A DNA stretch of 37,343 nucleotides from Pseudomonas phage LUZ100. Positions 7,668 through 15,982 of this stretch are shown piece after piece. Positions within the stretch are counted from its first letter, which is position 1. Every line of letters begins with the position of its first letter. The notes under the pieces are model-generated. The model was given only the letters and a program-made list of their open reading frames with translations, searched no databases and was not told the DNA's origin. The translations under genes and the position numbers were made by a program. The DNA lies in the sequence record OP329100.1. One strand, written 5' to 3'.

Positions 7668-8113
7668 TGGCTGCTCCCCGAGAGGCCGGGCTTCGGCTCG
7701 GCTTCCGGTCGGGACTTGAGGAGAAGATCGCCCGAGAACTGGATGCCCACGGCATCGAGGTTCAGTACGAAACCGAACAGATCCGCTACGTCAAACCCGC
7801 CCGCGAAGCCAAGTACACCCCCGACTGGATACTGCCCAACGGAATCATCGTCGAGACCAAAGGCAGGTTCGTCGTCGAAGACCGCCAGAAACACCTGATC
7901 ATCAAGGAGCAGCACCCCGGCCTGGACGTGCGCTTCGTCTTTTCCAACTCCCGTACCCGCATCAGCAAGAACAGCAAGACCACCTACGCAATGTGGTGTG
8001 AGAAGTACGGGTTCCTGTTTGCCGACAAGTCCATCCCCGAGGCGTGGCTCAAAGAGCCGCACAGCCCGGAGCGTTGGGCTGCCCTGGAGAATGCACGAGT
8101 CAAGAAGAAATGA
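7667..8113 (+). CDS. Endonuclease I (T7 gp3-like Holliday junction resolvase)
   Basis: FRSGLEEKIARELD...YTPDWILPNGIIVETKG...KHLIIKEQHPGLDVRFVFS...FADKSIPEAWLKE collinear with T7 endonuclease I; start overlaps SSB stop (ATGA). Confidence 0.9.
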   Translation: MAAPREAGLRLGFRSGLEEKIARELDAHGIEVQYETEQIRYVKPAREAKYTPDWILPNGIIVETKGRFVVEDRQKHLIIKEQHPGLDVRFVFSNSRTRISKNSKTTYAMWCEKYGFLFADKSIPEAWLKEPHSPERWAALENARVKKK

Positions 8114-8622
8114 ACCGCGAGATTGACACCCTGATCATCCACACCGCCGCGACCAAGGCGACTGCGGACATAGGTGCCGTCGACATCGACAAGTGGCACC
8201 GCGCCCGTGGTTGGCTGGGCTGTGGCTACCACTTCGTTATCCGCCGCAACGGAACCATCGAGTCCGACGAGTTGGGTCACCGCTGCCGTCCGCTGGCCCA
8301 GGCCGGTGCCCATGTCGGTGACTGCGGCCCTGGCTGGAACAAGCGCAGTATCGGCATCTGTCTGGCCGGTGGTATCGACGCCAACGGTAAGGCCGAGAAC
8401 AACTACACCCCCGAGCAATGGAAGTCCCTGGAAGAAGTGGTGCTGTCCCTGCTCGAACGCTTCCCCTCCATCAAGACCATCGGTGGTCACCGCGACCTGA
8501 TCCGCAAGACTGGCGCACCGCCGAAGGACTGCCCGTGCTTCAACGTGAAGGACTGGTTCGAGAAGGAAGTGAAGCCGAAGTACCCCGAGGCCGCGTACAT
8601 CCAGGCCGTGAAGTACATCTGA
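8101..8622 (+). CDS. N-acetylmuramoyl-L-alanine amidase (T7 lysozyme gp3.5-like)
   Basis: IIHTAATKA...WHRARGWLGCGYHFVIRRNGTIE...HVGDCGPGWNKRSIGICLAGGID...CPCFNV matches the T7 lysozyme zinc-amidase signature; ATG 8101 overlaps the gp3 end. Confidence 0.85.
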   Translation, partial: QEEMNREIDTLIIHTAATKATADIGAVDIDKWHRARGWLGCGYHFVIRRNGTIESDELGHRCRPLAQAGAHVGDCGPGWNKRSIGICLAGGIDANGKAENNYTPEQWKSLEEVVLSLLERFPSIKTIGGHRDLIRKTGAPPKDCPCFNVKDWFEKEVKPKYPEAAYIQAVKYI

Positions 8623-8624
8623 CC

Positions 8625-8647
8625 AATTACCACACAGGTATGGAAGA
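8625..8647 (+). promoter_or_regulatory. Phage RNAP promoter, family A copy 4 (AATTACCACACAGGTAT|GGAAGA), phi3.8 analogue
   Basis: Family A consensus, immediately after the amidase gene. Confidence 0.6.
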
Positions 8648-8650
8648 CCG

Positions 8651-8688
8651 CCCCCGGTATGCCCAGCGCTGCCGGGGGTTTCTGTTTC
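8651..8688 (+). terminator. GC-rich hairpin plus U-tract at +10 of promoter A4 (attenuator or terminator)
   Basis: cccccgg-N14-ccggggg followed by tttctgtttc. Confidence 0.4.
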
Positions 8689-8718
8689 AAGACCCACGAC
8701 AACTGTGAGGAGAACCCC

Positions 8719-8961
8719 ATGACCCACACCCAAATCCGTGCTCTGTCCCCGCAATGTGAACTGATCCTGAACCACCTGATGGCTGGCCACACGATCACCC
8801 AGCGCTCGGCCCTGATGGACTTCGGCGTGATGGCTCTGCCGCGCCGCATCGCTGACCTCAAGGAGCGTGGCTACGACATCGTGTCCGTGATGGAGCACAA
8901 CAAGCTCACCGGCCAGCGCTATGCCCGCTACTCCCTGAAAGCCCAGAAGCGCCGCGCATAA
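8719..8961 (+). CDS. Small winged-helix DNA-binding protein (HTH_39-like), 80 aa
   Basis: RBS gaggagaacccc-ATG; pattern ILNHLMAGHTITQRSALMDFGVMALPRRIADLKERGYDI resembles the phage HTH_39 family. Confidence 0.5.
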   Translation: MTHTQIRALSPQCELILNHLMAGHTITQRSALMDFGVMALPRRIADLKERGYDIVSVMEHNKLTGQRYARYSLKAQKRRA

Positions 8962-8971
8962 GGAGGCCCGC

Positions 8972-9172
8972 ATGATCCAGCTCAACAAGATCCTCAAGTC
9001 CTTCCAGAAGACCATCGACCAGCTCGAACAACTGACCGCCGCCAACAACGTGGAGGTCAGCCGCAACACCGAGCAGATCGACCGACTGCAGGAGAAGAAC
9101 CTGATCCTGATTGCAGAAGCCCAGGCTGCCAAGGAGACCGCCGAGAACCTGAAAGCCCTGATCGGCCACTGA
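8972..9172 (+). CDS. Small coiled-coil protein (66 aa)
   Basis: RBS taaggaggcccgcATG; heptad-like charged/hydrophobic pattern; followed by a terminator. Confidence 0.55.
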   Translation: MIQLNKILKSFQKTIDQLEQLTAANNVEVSRNTEQIDRLQEKNLILIAEAQAAKETAENLKALIGH

Positions 9173-9216
9173 CCTGACCCGACGATTCACCGGGTCAGCT
9201 ACCAACGAACACCCAT

Positions 9217-9248
9217 AGCCCGCCTCTGAGCGGGCTTCGTCTTTTCTG
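9217..9248 (+). terminator. Rho-independent terminator (agcccgc-ctctga-gcgggct + tcgtcttttct)
   Basis: 7-bp GC stem, 6-nt loop, U-rich tail; a second hairpin ctgacccg...cgggtcag at 9173-9198. Confidence 0.6.
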
Positions 9249-9259
9249 GAGGACAGAAC

Positions 9260-9916
9260 ATGAGCAAGCAACTGACTGTATGCGGCGTGGACATCAAGCA
9301 GGACGCCGAGGGCCGCTACTGCCTGAACGATTTCCACAGGGCTGCAGGTGATGACCAGAAGCACCGACCCAAGTATTGGTTGGAGAACTGCAACACCCAA
9401 GCCCTCGTAGCAGAAATTGAAAAGGGCGGATTCCCGCCTGTTTCGGTTAAGCCCGGACGCAGCGGCGGCACCTTCGTGGTGAAGGAACTGGTCTACGCCT
9501 ACGCCATGTGGATCAGCCCGAAGTTCCACCTCGAAGTCATCCGCTCCTACGACCGGCTGGCCACCGAGGGCGTGGCTGTCCACCAGAACGCAGCCGCTGA
9601 TGTGCTGGCCAACCCGCTCAAGTACATGCGCTCCCTGATCGAACAGGCAGAGAAGCTCCAGGCCGAGAACGAGGCCATGCACAAGGAGCTGAACCTCCTG
9701 ACTGTCGACGAGTACCGGGCGCTGACTCACCGCTACTTCAGCCACGGTTACAAGGTGCGCCTTGGCCGAGAGGCTGCCCGCGTCATGCGTGAGCAAGGGG
9801 GTCACCCTGAGCGTCAGGAGCGAACCATCCGCTCCGGTAAGGGAGAGCGAGTCGTGTCGGTCGGCGTCTACACCCGCGCTGCCTTGGAGCAAGCAGAACG
9901 TGAGCTGAGTGCATGA
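9260..9916 (+). CDS. KilA-N domain protein (218 aa)
   Basis: N-terminal LNDFHRAAG...KHRPKYWLENCNTQALVAEIE matches the KilA-N DNA-binding domain pattern; RBS ctggaggacagaacATG. Confidence 0.55.
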   Translation: MSKQLTVCGVDIKQDAEGRYCLNDFHRAAGDDQKHRPKYWLENCNTQALVAEIEKGGFPPVSVKPGRSGGTFVVKELVYAYAMWISPKFHLEVIRSYDRLATEGVAVHQNAAADVLANPLKYMRSLIEQAEKLQAENEAMHKELNLLTVDEYRALTHRYFSHGYKVRLGREAARVMREQGGHPERQERTIRSGKGERVVSVGVYTRAALEQAERELSA

Positions 9917-11568
9917 GCGAGTGGGTGCAAACCCACTTGCCTTGTCCCTGTGGCCAATCCTCTGACGCCTACTCGATCAACGACAAAGGTTGGGGGAAGT
10001 GCTTCTCGTGCGGGAAGAACTTCAACGAGGAGGCGTCGGACTCAACACCCAGAGGTAAACAGCAAGTGGCAGCAGTGAAAGAACTGGTGCCCTTCGGAGA
10101 GTACCGGGCACTAAGCAAACGCAAGATCACAGAGGAGACCTGCAAGAAGTTCGGCTACTTCGTCGGTGAGTTCAAAGAGCAGACCGTCCAAGTGGCCCCG
10201 TACCGCAACAACGAAGGCGAGGTCATCGCCCAGAAGGTGCGGTTCGCTGACAAGTCCTTCACCACCAGGGGCAAGTTCAAGGGCGTGGCCCTGTTCGGCC
10301 AGCACCTGTGGGGTGAAGGCGGCAAGAAGCTGGTCATCACCGAGGGCGAGATCGACTGCCTCACCGTGAGCCAGCTCCAGGGCAACAAGTGGCCCGTGGT
10401 GTCCATCCCCAACGGCGCTCAAGGCGCAGCCAACTCCATCAAGGAGAACCTCGAATGGGTGCTCACCTTCGAGGAAGTCATCCTGATGTTCGATCAGGAC
10501 GAGCCTGGACGTGAGGCTGCCATCAAGGTGGCCGAGCTGTTACCCCCAGGCAAAGCCAAGATCGCGTCCCTCCCGCTGAAAGACCCGAACGACATGCTCG
10601 TCGCTGGCCGTGGCCAGGAAGTGATCCAAGCAATCTGGAACGCAAAGGAGTACCGGCCCGATGGGCTGGTCTCCATCGACGACATCCTCGACGAGGTCGA
10701 GAAGCCCATCGAATGGGGCAAGCCCTGGTGCTTCGAGTCCCTGACCAAGCTGACCTACGGTCGCCGCGAGGGTGAGCTGTACGCCATCGGCGCTGGTACT
10801 GGCGTGGGCAAGACCGACTTCATGACCCAGCAGATCGCCTTCGACGTGGTCGAGCTGGGCGAGCATGTCGGCGTCATCTTCCTTGAGCAGAAGCCAGTCG
10901 AGACCGCCAAGCGGGTGGCCGGGAAGATCGCCGGTCGGCGCTTCCATGTGCCGGATGCTGGCTGGACTCCCGAGGAATTGAAGACAGCCGTGGCCAACCT
11001 CAAGGGGAAGGTCACCTTCTATGACTCCTGGGGCGAGACCGAGTGGGATGCGGTCAAGTCCAAGATCCGCTTCATGGTGGTCAGCCTGGGCATCAGGCAC
11101 ATCTACCTCGACCACCTCACGGCGATGGCCGACACCTCGAACGAGAAGGAATCCATCGAGCAACTGATGAAAGAGATGGCGGGCTTGGCCAACGAGCTGG
11201 GCTGCATCATCCACTTCGTCAGCCACCTGTCCACCCCGGAGGGCAAGCCTCACGAGGAAGGTGGCCGCGTGATGATCCGCCACTTCAAGGGCAGCCGCGC
11301 CATCGGCTTCTGGTCGTACTTCATGTTCGGCCTGGAGCGGAACCAGCAAGCCGAGGATGAGGAGGAACGGCAGACCACCACCTTCCGCATCCTCAAAGAC
11401 CGCTACACCGGCCAGTCCACCGGCCACACCTTGAGCCTCGGCTACGACCAAGAGACTGGTCGCCTGTTCGAGATCGCTCAGACCGCCGACGACTACGGCT
11501 TCGACGACAACCCGGCCAATCCCCAGGAGGGCATCGACCTGCCTTGGGAGGAAAAGCCGGATTTCTAA
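9913..11568 (+). CDS. DNA primase/helicase (T7 gp4-like)
   Basis: N-terminal Cys4 zinc ribbon CPCG...CFSCG, TOPRIM acidic residues (ITEGEIDCLT, FDQDEPG), Walker A GAGTGVGKTDF, Walker B IYLDHL. Confidence 0.9.
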   Translation: MSEWVQTHLPCPCGQSSDAYSINDKGWGKCFSCGKNFNEEASDSTPRGKQQVAAVKELVPFGEYRALSKRKITEETCKKFGYFVGEFKEQTVQVAPYRNNEGEVIAQKVRFADKSFTTRGKFKGVALFGQHLWGEGGKKLVITEGEIDCLTVSQLQGNKWPVVSIPNGAQGAANSIKENLEWVLTFEEVILMFDQDEPGREAAIKVAELLPPGKAKIASLPLKDPNDMLVAGRGQEVIQAIWNAKEYRPDGLVSIDDILDEVEKPIEWGKPWCFESLTKLTYGRREGELYAIGAGTGVGKTDFMTQQIAFDVVELGEHVGVIFLEQKPVETAKRVAGKIAGRRFHVPDAGWTPEELKTAVANLKGKVTFYDSWGETEWDAVKSKIRFMVVSLGIRHIYLDHLTAMADTSNEKESIEQLMKEMAGLANELGCIIHFVSHLSTPEGKPHEEGGRVMIRHFKGSRAIGFWSYFMFGLERNQQAEDEEERQTTTFRILKDRYTGQSTGHTLSLGYDQETGRLFEIAQTADDYGFDDNPANPQEGIDLPWEEKPDF

Positions 11569-11590
11569 CTATCCACTAGCGCATAGGTAC
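11567..11590 (+). promoter_or_regulatory. B element copy 7 (AACTATCCACTAGCGCATAGGTAC), 18 bp upstream of the DNAP start
   Basis: One of 9 copies of the ACTATCCACYAGCGCATAGG family; function unresolved (see findings). Confidence 0.4.
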
Positions 11591-11607
11591 TCCCATGAGA
11601 GGCCCAG

Positions 11608-13404
11608 ATGAAGACCCTTGAGTTCGACTGTGAAACAAACGGGCTGCTACACCAGCTCGACCGCGTCCATTCCCTCGTGATCAAGGACGCAACCACCGGG
11701 GAGCGTGGCTCCTTCGCTGACCAGCCGGGCTACTCGCCCATCAAAGAGGGGCTGGCTTGGCTGATGGAGGCTGACCTTGCGGTTGGTCATAATGTGGTCA
11801 AGTTCGACGTACCTGCGCTGCAGCAGGTCTACCCCTGGTTCGACATCCCGCTCGAACGGCTGCGTGACACTCTGGTACTGACCCGCCTGATCTGGCCGGA
11901 GATCGGTGACCGGGACACCGGCCTGATCCGCAAGGGGAAACTGCCAGGGAAGCTGCGAGGCTCCCACTCCTTGGAAGCCTGGGGCTATCGCCTCGGGGTC
12001 TACAAGGGTGAGTTCGGTAAGACCTCGGACTGGCAGGTCTGGACGCCTGAGATGCAGACGTACTGCGAGCAGGACGTTGAGGTCACCGATGCGCTGTGGA
12101 AGAAGATCCAGTCCAAGGAAGTGGCCGAGCGCGCCGTCGAGCTGGAGCACTGGTTCGCCTTCATCATCGGTCTGCAAGAGCGCCACGGGTTCGCCTTCAA
12201 CACCCAGGCAGCCGCTGCTCTGTACACCACCCTGGTGGCCGAGCGGGAGAAGCTGGACTCGGAACTCAAAGGCGCCTTCCGGCCCTGGTACGTCAACGCC
12301 GGGGTCGTCATGCCCAAGCGCCCGAACCGTACCCAGGGCATCGAGGCCGGGGTTCCGTACTGCAAGGTCACCCTGCAGGAGTTCAACCCAGCCAGCCGAC
12401 TGCAGATCGCTGACCGCCTGACCAAGCTGCACGGCTGGAAACCCCAGGAGTTCACCGATAGTGGCCAGCCCAAGGCCGACGAGACGGTGCTCTCCAAGCT
12501 GCCGTACCCAGCGGCCAAGCTCCTGGCTCGCCGGTTCCTGATCGAGAAGCGCATCGGGCAACTGGCCGAGGGGAACCAGGCTTGGCTCAAGCTGGAGCGC
12601 AAGGGGCGCATCCATGGCTCGGTGAACACCATCGGTGCCGTGACCGGGCGCTGTACCCACAGCCACCCCAACGTCGCCCAGGTGCCGTCAGTCCGCGCCC
12701 CATTCGGCAAGGAGTGTCGGGCACTGTTCGGTGCTGACCCTGGCTACGTCCAGATCGGTGCCGATGCCTCGGGCCTTGAGCTGCGCTGCTTGGCCCACTA
12801 CATGGCGCGGTATGACGGGGGAGCCTACGCCAAGGTTCTGCTCGAAGGTGACATCCACACGGAGAACCAGAAGGCAGCCGGTCTGCCCACTCGGGATAAC
12901 GCGAAGACGTTCATCTACGCCTACCTCTACGGGGCTGGCGACGAGAAGATCGGGCAGATCGTTGGCAAGGGTGCGAAGGAAGGGAAGAAGCTCAAGGAGA
13001 ACTTCCTGAAACGCACCCCCGCATTGAAGCGGCTACGCGAAGACGTTGCGTCAGCCGTGAAAAAGCGGGGCTACCTCGTCGGGATCGACGGGCGACACCT
13101 GCACATCCGATCCGACCACGCCGCCCTCAACACCCTCCTGCAATCAGCCGGTGCCCTGTTGGTTAAACAAGCCACGGTCAACTTGTATCGGGAGCTATCC
13201 ACCCGTGGATACGTCTTCGGCAAGGACTGGGCGATGTTGGCCCACGTTCACGACGAGTACCAGCTCCAGGCCAGGAAGGAGATCGCAGACGAAGTTGCCC
13301 AGGTAGCCGTGTGGGCCTTCCAGCAAGCGGGCCGCGACTTCAACTGGCGGTGCCCCCTGGATGGTGAGGCCAAGACCGGCACGAACTGGGCGGAGTGCCA
13401 CTGA
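11608..13404 (+). CDS. Family A DNA polymerase with 3'-5' exonuclease (T7 gp5-like, compact 598 aa)
   Basis: Exo I LEFDCETNGL; motif A GADASGLELRCLAHY; motif B KTFIYAYLYGAG; motif C HVHDEY. Confidence 0.9.
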   Translation: MKTLEFDCETNGLLHQLDRVHSLVIKDATTGERGSFADQPGYSPIKEGLAWLMEADLAVGHNVVKFDVPALQQVYPWFDIPLERLRDTLVLTRLIWPEIGDRDTGLIRKGKLPGKLRGSHSLEAWGYRLGVYKGEFGKTSDWQVWTPEMQTYCEQDVEVTDALWKKIQSKEVAERAVELEHWFAFIIGLQERHGFAFNTQAAAALYTTLVAEREKLDSELKGAFRPWYVNAGVVMPKRPNRTQGIEAGVPYCKVTLQEFNPASRLQIADRLTKLHGWKPQEFTDSGQPKADETVLSKLPYPAAKLLARRFLIEKRIGQLAEGNQAWLKLERKGRIHGSVNTIGAVTGRCTHSHPNVAQVPSVRAPFGKECRALFGADPGYVQIGADASGLELRCLAHYMARYDGGAYAKVLLEGDIHTENQKAAGLPTRDNAKTFIYAYLYGAGDEKIGQIVGKGAKEGKKLKENFLKRTPALKRLREDVASAVKKRGYLVGIDGRHLHIRSDHAALNTLLQSAGALLVKQATVNLYRELSTRGYVFGKDWAMLAHVHDEYQLQARKEIADEVAQVAVWAFQQAGRDFNWRCPLDGEAKTGTNWAECH

Positions 13405-13616
13405 TGAACCGCAAGACCCTGATCGTCCTGCAGCGAGCCTACATCGAGCCATTCACCGTGCAGAGCAACTACGCACGGGAGAACGCAGTGCGCGTGGCCG
13501 AGCTGGCAAGCCGAGGACTACTGACCACCCATGCTGGCCATGGGCTTTACAGCAAACACTGGCGCGTTACCCCAGCGGGGCGCGCTCTCTTGGAGTACAC
13601 CGGAGGAGAATCCTGA
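13404..13616 (+). CDS. Small hypothetical protein, possible wHTH (70 aa)
   Basis: ATG overlaps DNAP stop (ctgATGa); segment VRVAELASRGLLTT resembles an HTH recognition helix. Confidence 0.45.
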   Translation: MNRKTLIVLQRAYIEPFTVQSNYARENAVRVAELASRGLLTTHAGHGLYSKHWRVTPAGRALLEYTGGES

Positions 13617-13945
13617 TGTTCAAGAACCTGATCGCCACCCTGTTGATCGTTGTCGCCCTGGTCGCTGGCCCGGCCCAAGCCCGTGGCTTCTCGGCACCGG
13701 CTGTCCGTGTTGCCCCTGTGGTTCGCATGGCGCCGACCCCGAAGCCGGTCTACACGCCCAAGCCGCAGGTGGCCCCGCGTTCCACCGCTTCGACCGTCAC
13801 CACCACCAGCTCGACCTCTCGCACCTCCACCGATAGCGGCAGCTCTGCAGTCAGCACCGCCATCACCTGGGGCTTCATCGGCGCCATGCTCGGCTCGACC
13901 TTCGGTGACGACGATGACGAGGAGGAGCAGGAGGACGCCCAGTGA
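13616..13945 (+). CDS. Secreted protein with Sec signal peptide, S/T-rich middle and acidic tail (110 aa)
   Basis: MFKNLIATLLIVVALVAGPAQA|RG signal peptide (AxA site); then PTPKPVYTPKPQ... TSSTSRTSTDSGSS...; C-terminus DDDDEEEQEDAQ. Confidence 0.55.
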   Translation: MFKNLIATLLIVVALVAGPAQARGFSAPAVRVAPVVRMAPTPKPVYTPKPQVAPRSTASTVTTTSSTSRTSTDSGSSAVSTAITWGFIGAMLGSTFGDDDDEEEQEDAQ

Positions 13946-14676
13946 GAGCGCAGTACGTTGACCACATGGGCAGCGACCTGAGCGTGGTGAACGCTGCCCG
14001 CGTGTCCTTCGACAAGGTGTCCCAATGGGAACGCCCGGTGCTGCGGGTCGAGACCTACATCCACCCGCACAACGGCGACGAGATAGAGCACAAGGTACTG
14101 GGCGAGCCGCGCCTCTCCCAGGCCGACTCCAGGCTGATCCGCTACCTCGCCAAGCACGACCACTGGACACCCTTCGCCCACACCAACATCACCCTGCGCA
14201 TGAAAGCTCCGGTGCCGATCCGCACGCAATGCTTCAAGCACAAGCAGGGTCTGGTGGAGAACGAGGAGTCTCGCCGGTACATCAGCTCGACCCCTGAGCT
14301 GTTCGTCCCGTCCGTGTTCCGCAGCAAGCCCGAAGGCTCGGCCAAGCAAGGCTCTGCCGGTGAGCACCCGCGCAGCCATGAGTGGCGCCGGGAGTACCGC
14401 ATGGCTGGCGAGTACGCGATCCGCCTGTACGAGGACATGATCCGTGACGGCGTCTGCCCGGAACAGGCCCGCTTCATCCTGCCGCAAGGCTGCGAGGTGA
14501 ACTGGATCTGGACTGGCAACCTGTACGCCTTCGCCAACTTCTACCTGAAACGCACCGACCCGCACGCCCAGCACGAGATTCAAGTGCTGGCCCAGGAGGT
14601 CGGCTCAATCATCGAACCGCTGTTCCCAGTCTCCTGGGCGGCTTTGACACGTCTGGAGGAATCCACCAGTGGATGA
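13942..14676 (+). CDS. ThyX-like (flavin-dependent thymidylate synthase fold) protein with a divergent active-site motif
   Basis: HWTPFAHTNITL...FKHKQGLVENEESRRY aligns to the ThyX RHRx7SxRY signature (RHR replaced by KHK); ARFILPQGCEVNWIWTGNLYAFANFYLKR matches the ThyX C-terminal AR..LP...NLR.W..F..LR block. Confidence 0.5.
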   Translation: MRAQYVDHMGSDLSVVNAARVSFDKVSQWERPVLRVETYIHPHNGDEIEHKVLGEPRLSQADSRLIRYLAKHDHWTPFAHTNITLRMKAPVPIRTQCFKHKQGLVENEESRRYISSTPELFVPSVFRSKPEGSAKQGSAGEHPRSHEWRREYRMAGEYAIRLYEDMIRDGVCPEQARFILPQGCEVNWIWTGNLYAFANFYLKRTDPHAQHEIQVLAQEVGSIIEPLFPVSWAALTRLEESTSG

Positions 14677-14902
14677 ATTGAACCTTGATCTGAGCGGCAT
14701 CGAAGACCCGGTGACCGCCCGCGTGACCGATCTGATCCGCCTCAGTGAAGCCCTGGACAAGGCCCAGGAGGAAGTCGGCCAGAACGCCTTGAAGGCTGGC
14801 CTAGCGTTCGTGCTGGAAGACCTCAAGCGCGTGGTGTTCCCGCCCGTTGCAGTCCAGGGCGACAACATCATCCCGTTCCCCGGAGGCCGCGATGTCCACT
14901 GA
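14669..14902 (+). CDS. Small acidic hypothetical protein (77 aa, GTG start)
   Basis: GTG start overlapping the ThyX-like stop; no domain recognised. Confidence 0.35.
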   Translation: MDELNLDLSGIEDPVTARVTDLIRLSEALDKAQEEVGQNALKAGLAFVLEDLKRVVFPPVAVQGDNIIPFPGGRDVH

Positions 14903-15674
14903 AACCATCGCACTGATCGACGGCGACATCTTCGCCTATGAGATCGCTGCCGGTGCCGAGGAGCCGATCCACTGGGGTGACGGCCTCTGGACTCTCCATG
15001 CGTGGGAAGACCAGGGCCGACTCCGGGTGGTCGACCGGGTGCATGAGGTGGCCGATGCGATCAACGCCGACCGCATCATCGTGGCCCTGACGGATGACGT
15101 GAACTGGCGCAACTCGGTGCTCCCTTCCTACAAGGAGAACCGGGTCGGCCAGCGCAAGCCGATGATCCTCAAGCCGCTCAAGGAGCAGCTCAAGGAGAGC
15201 TTCGAGACCTTCATCCGTCCGGGCCTGGAGGCTGACGACGTGCTCGGCATCCTCTCCACATGGCCGAAGCTCAAGGGCCGCAAGGTCATCATCACCAAGG
15301 ACAAAGACCTCAAGACCATCCCCGGTCTGCACTTCCACACGCACCGCACCGAGCTGGGTGTGTTCGAGGTCACCGAGCACCAAGCCAACTACCACCACCT
15401 GCAGCAAGCCCTGACCGGCGACATCACCGATGGCTACAAGGGCTGCCCAGGTATCGGCCCGGCCAAGGCCGACAAGATCCTCCTGCCGTTCGCCCACGAG
15501 ACCAAGCACGACCAGTTCTTCGACGTGCAAGGCGCCTGGGAGAAGGTCGTCGAGGCGTTCGCCAAGGCCGGTCTCTCCGAAGAAGAAGCCCTGGTTCAGG
15601 CCCGCGTGGCCCGCATCTGCAGGGCATCCGACTACGACTTCAAGACTAAGAAGGTGAAGCTATGGAATCCGTGA
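14892..15674 (+). CDS. 5'-3' exonuclease (T7 gp6-like, FEN/PIN fold)
   Basis: RBS ccggaggccgcgATG; IDGDIFAYE, GLEADDVLG, ITKDKD, GDITDGYKGCPGIGPAKA (H3TH) motifs. Confidence 0.85.
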   Translation: MSTETIALIDGDIFAYEIAAGAEEPIHWGDGLWTLHAWEDQGRLRVVDRVHEVADAINADRIIVALTDDVNWRNSVLPSYKENRVGQRKPMILKPLKEQLKESFETFIRPGLEADDVLGILSTWPKLKGRKVIITKDKDLKTIPGLHFHTHRTELGVFEVTEHQANYHHLQQALTGDITDGYKGCPGIGPAKADKILLPFAHETKHDQFFDVQGAWEKVVEAFAKAGLSEEEALVQARVARICRASDYDFKTKKVKLWNP

Positions 15675-15982
15675 TCGACATGGTCAACCACCCTGGCCAT
15701 TACAAGGGGAAGCTCGACCCCATGCTTGCCGCTGTACGCGGTGCCCTCGTCGAGGACGTGGACGGCATCAACATCGAGTGCTTCGAGGCCATGGTCTCGA
15801 TGATGACCATCGAGGAGCTGCGCGGTTACCTGCGTGGCAACTCCTTCAAGTACCGCTGGCGTTACCAGAAGAAGGCCGGGATTCAGGACTTGGAGAAGGC
15901 CGAGTGGTACGAGAAGAAGCTGCTGCGCCTGGAGCGTGCGGTGCGTGACTACCTGTTCGCCCAGGAGGACGCAGCAGCATGA
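15662..15982 (+). CDS. DUF3310-like phage protein (VNHPGHY...INIEC motif)
   Basis: N-terminal VNHPGHYKG and IECFEAM resemble the DUF3310 signature common in phage nucleotide-metabolism clusters. Confidence 0.45.
   Translation: MESVIDMVNHPGHYKGKLDPMLAAVRGALVEDVDGINIECFEAMVSMMTIEELRGYLRGNSFKYRWRYQKKAGIQDLEKAEWYEKKLLRLERAVRDYLFAQEDAAA

Noticed and set aside
13361-13945. 194-aa ORF reading from inside the DNAP gene into the secreted-protein gene
   Set aside because: Its N-terminal 85 codons overlap the DNAP 3' end in another frame. The internal ATG at 13616 gives a clean signal peptide and couples to the previous stop, so only 13616-13945 is kept
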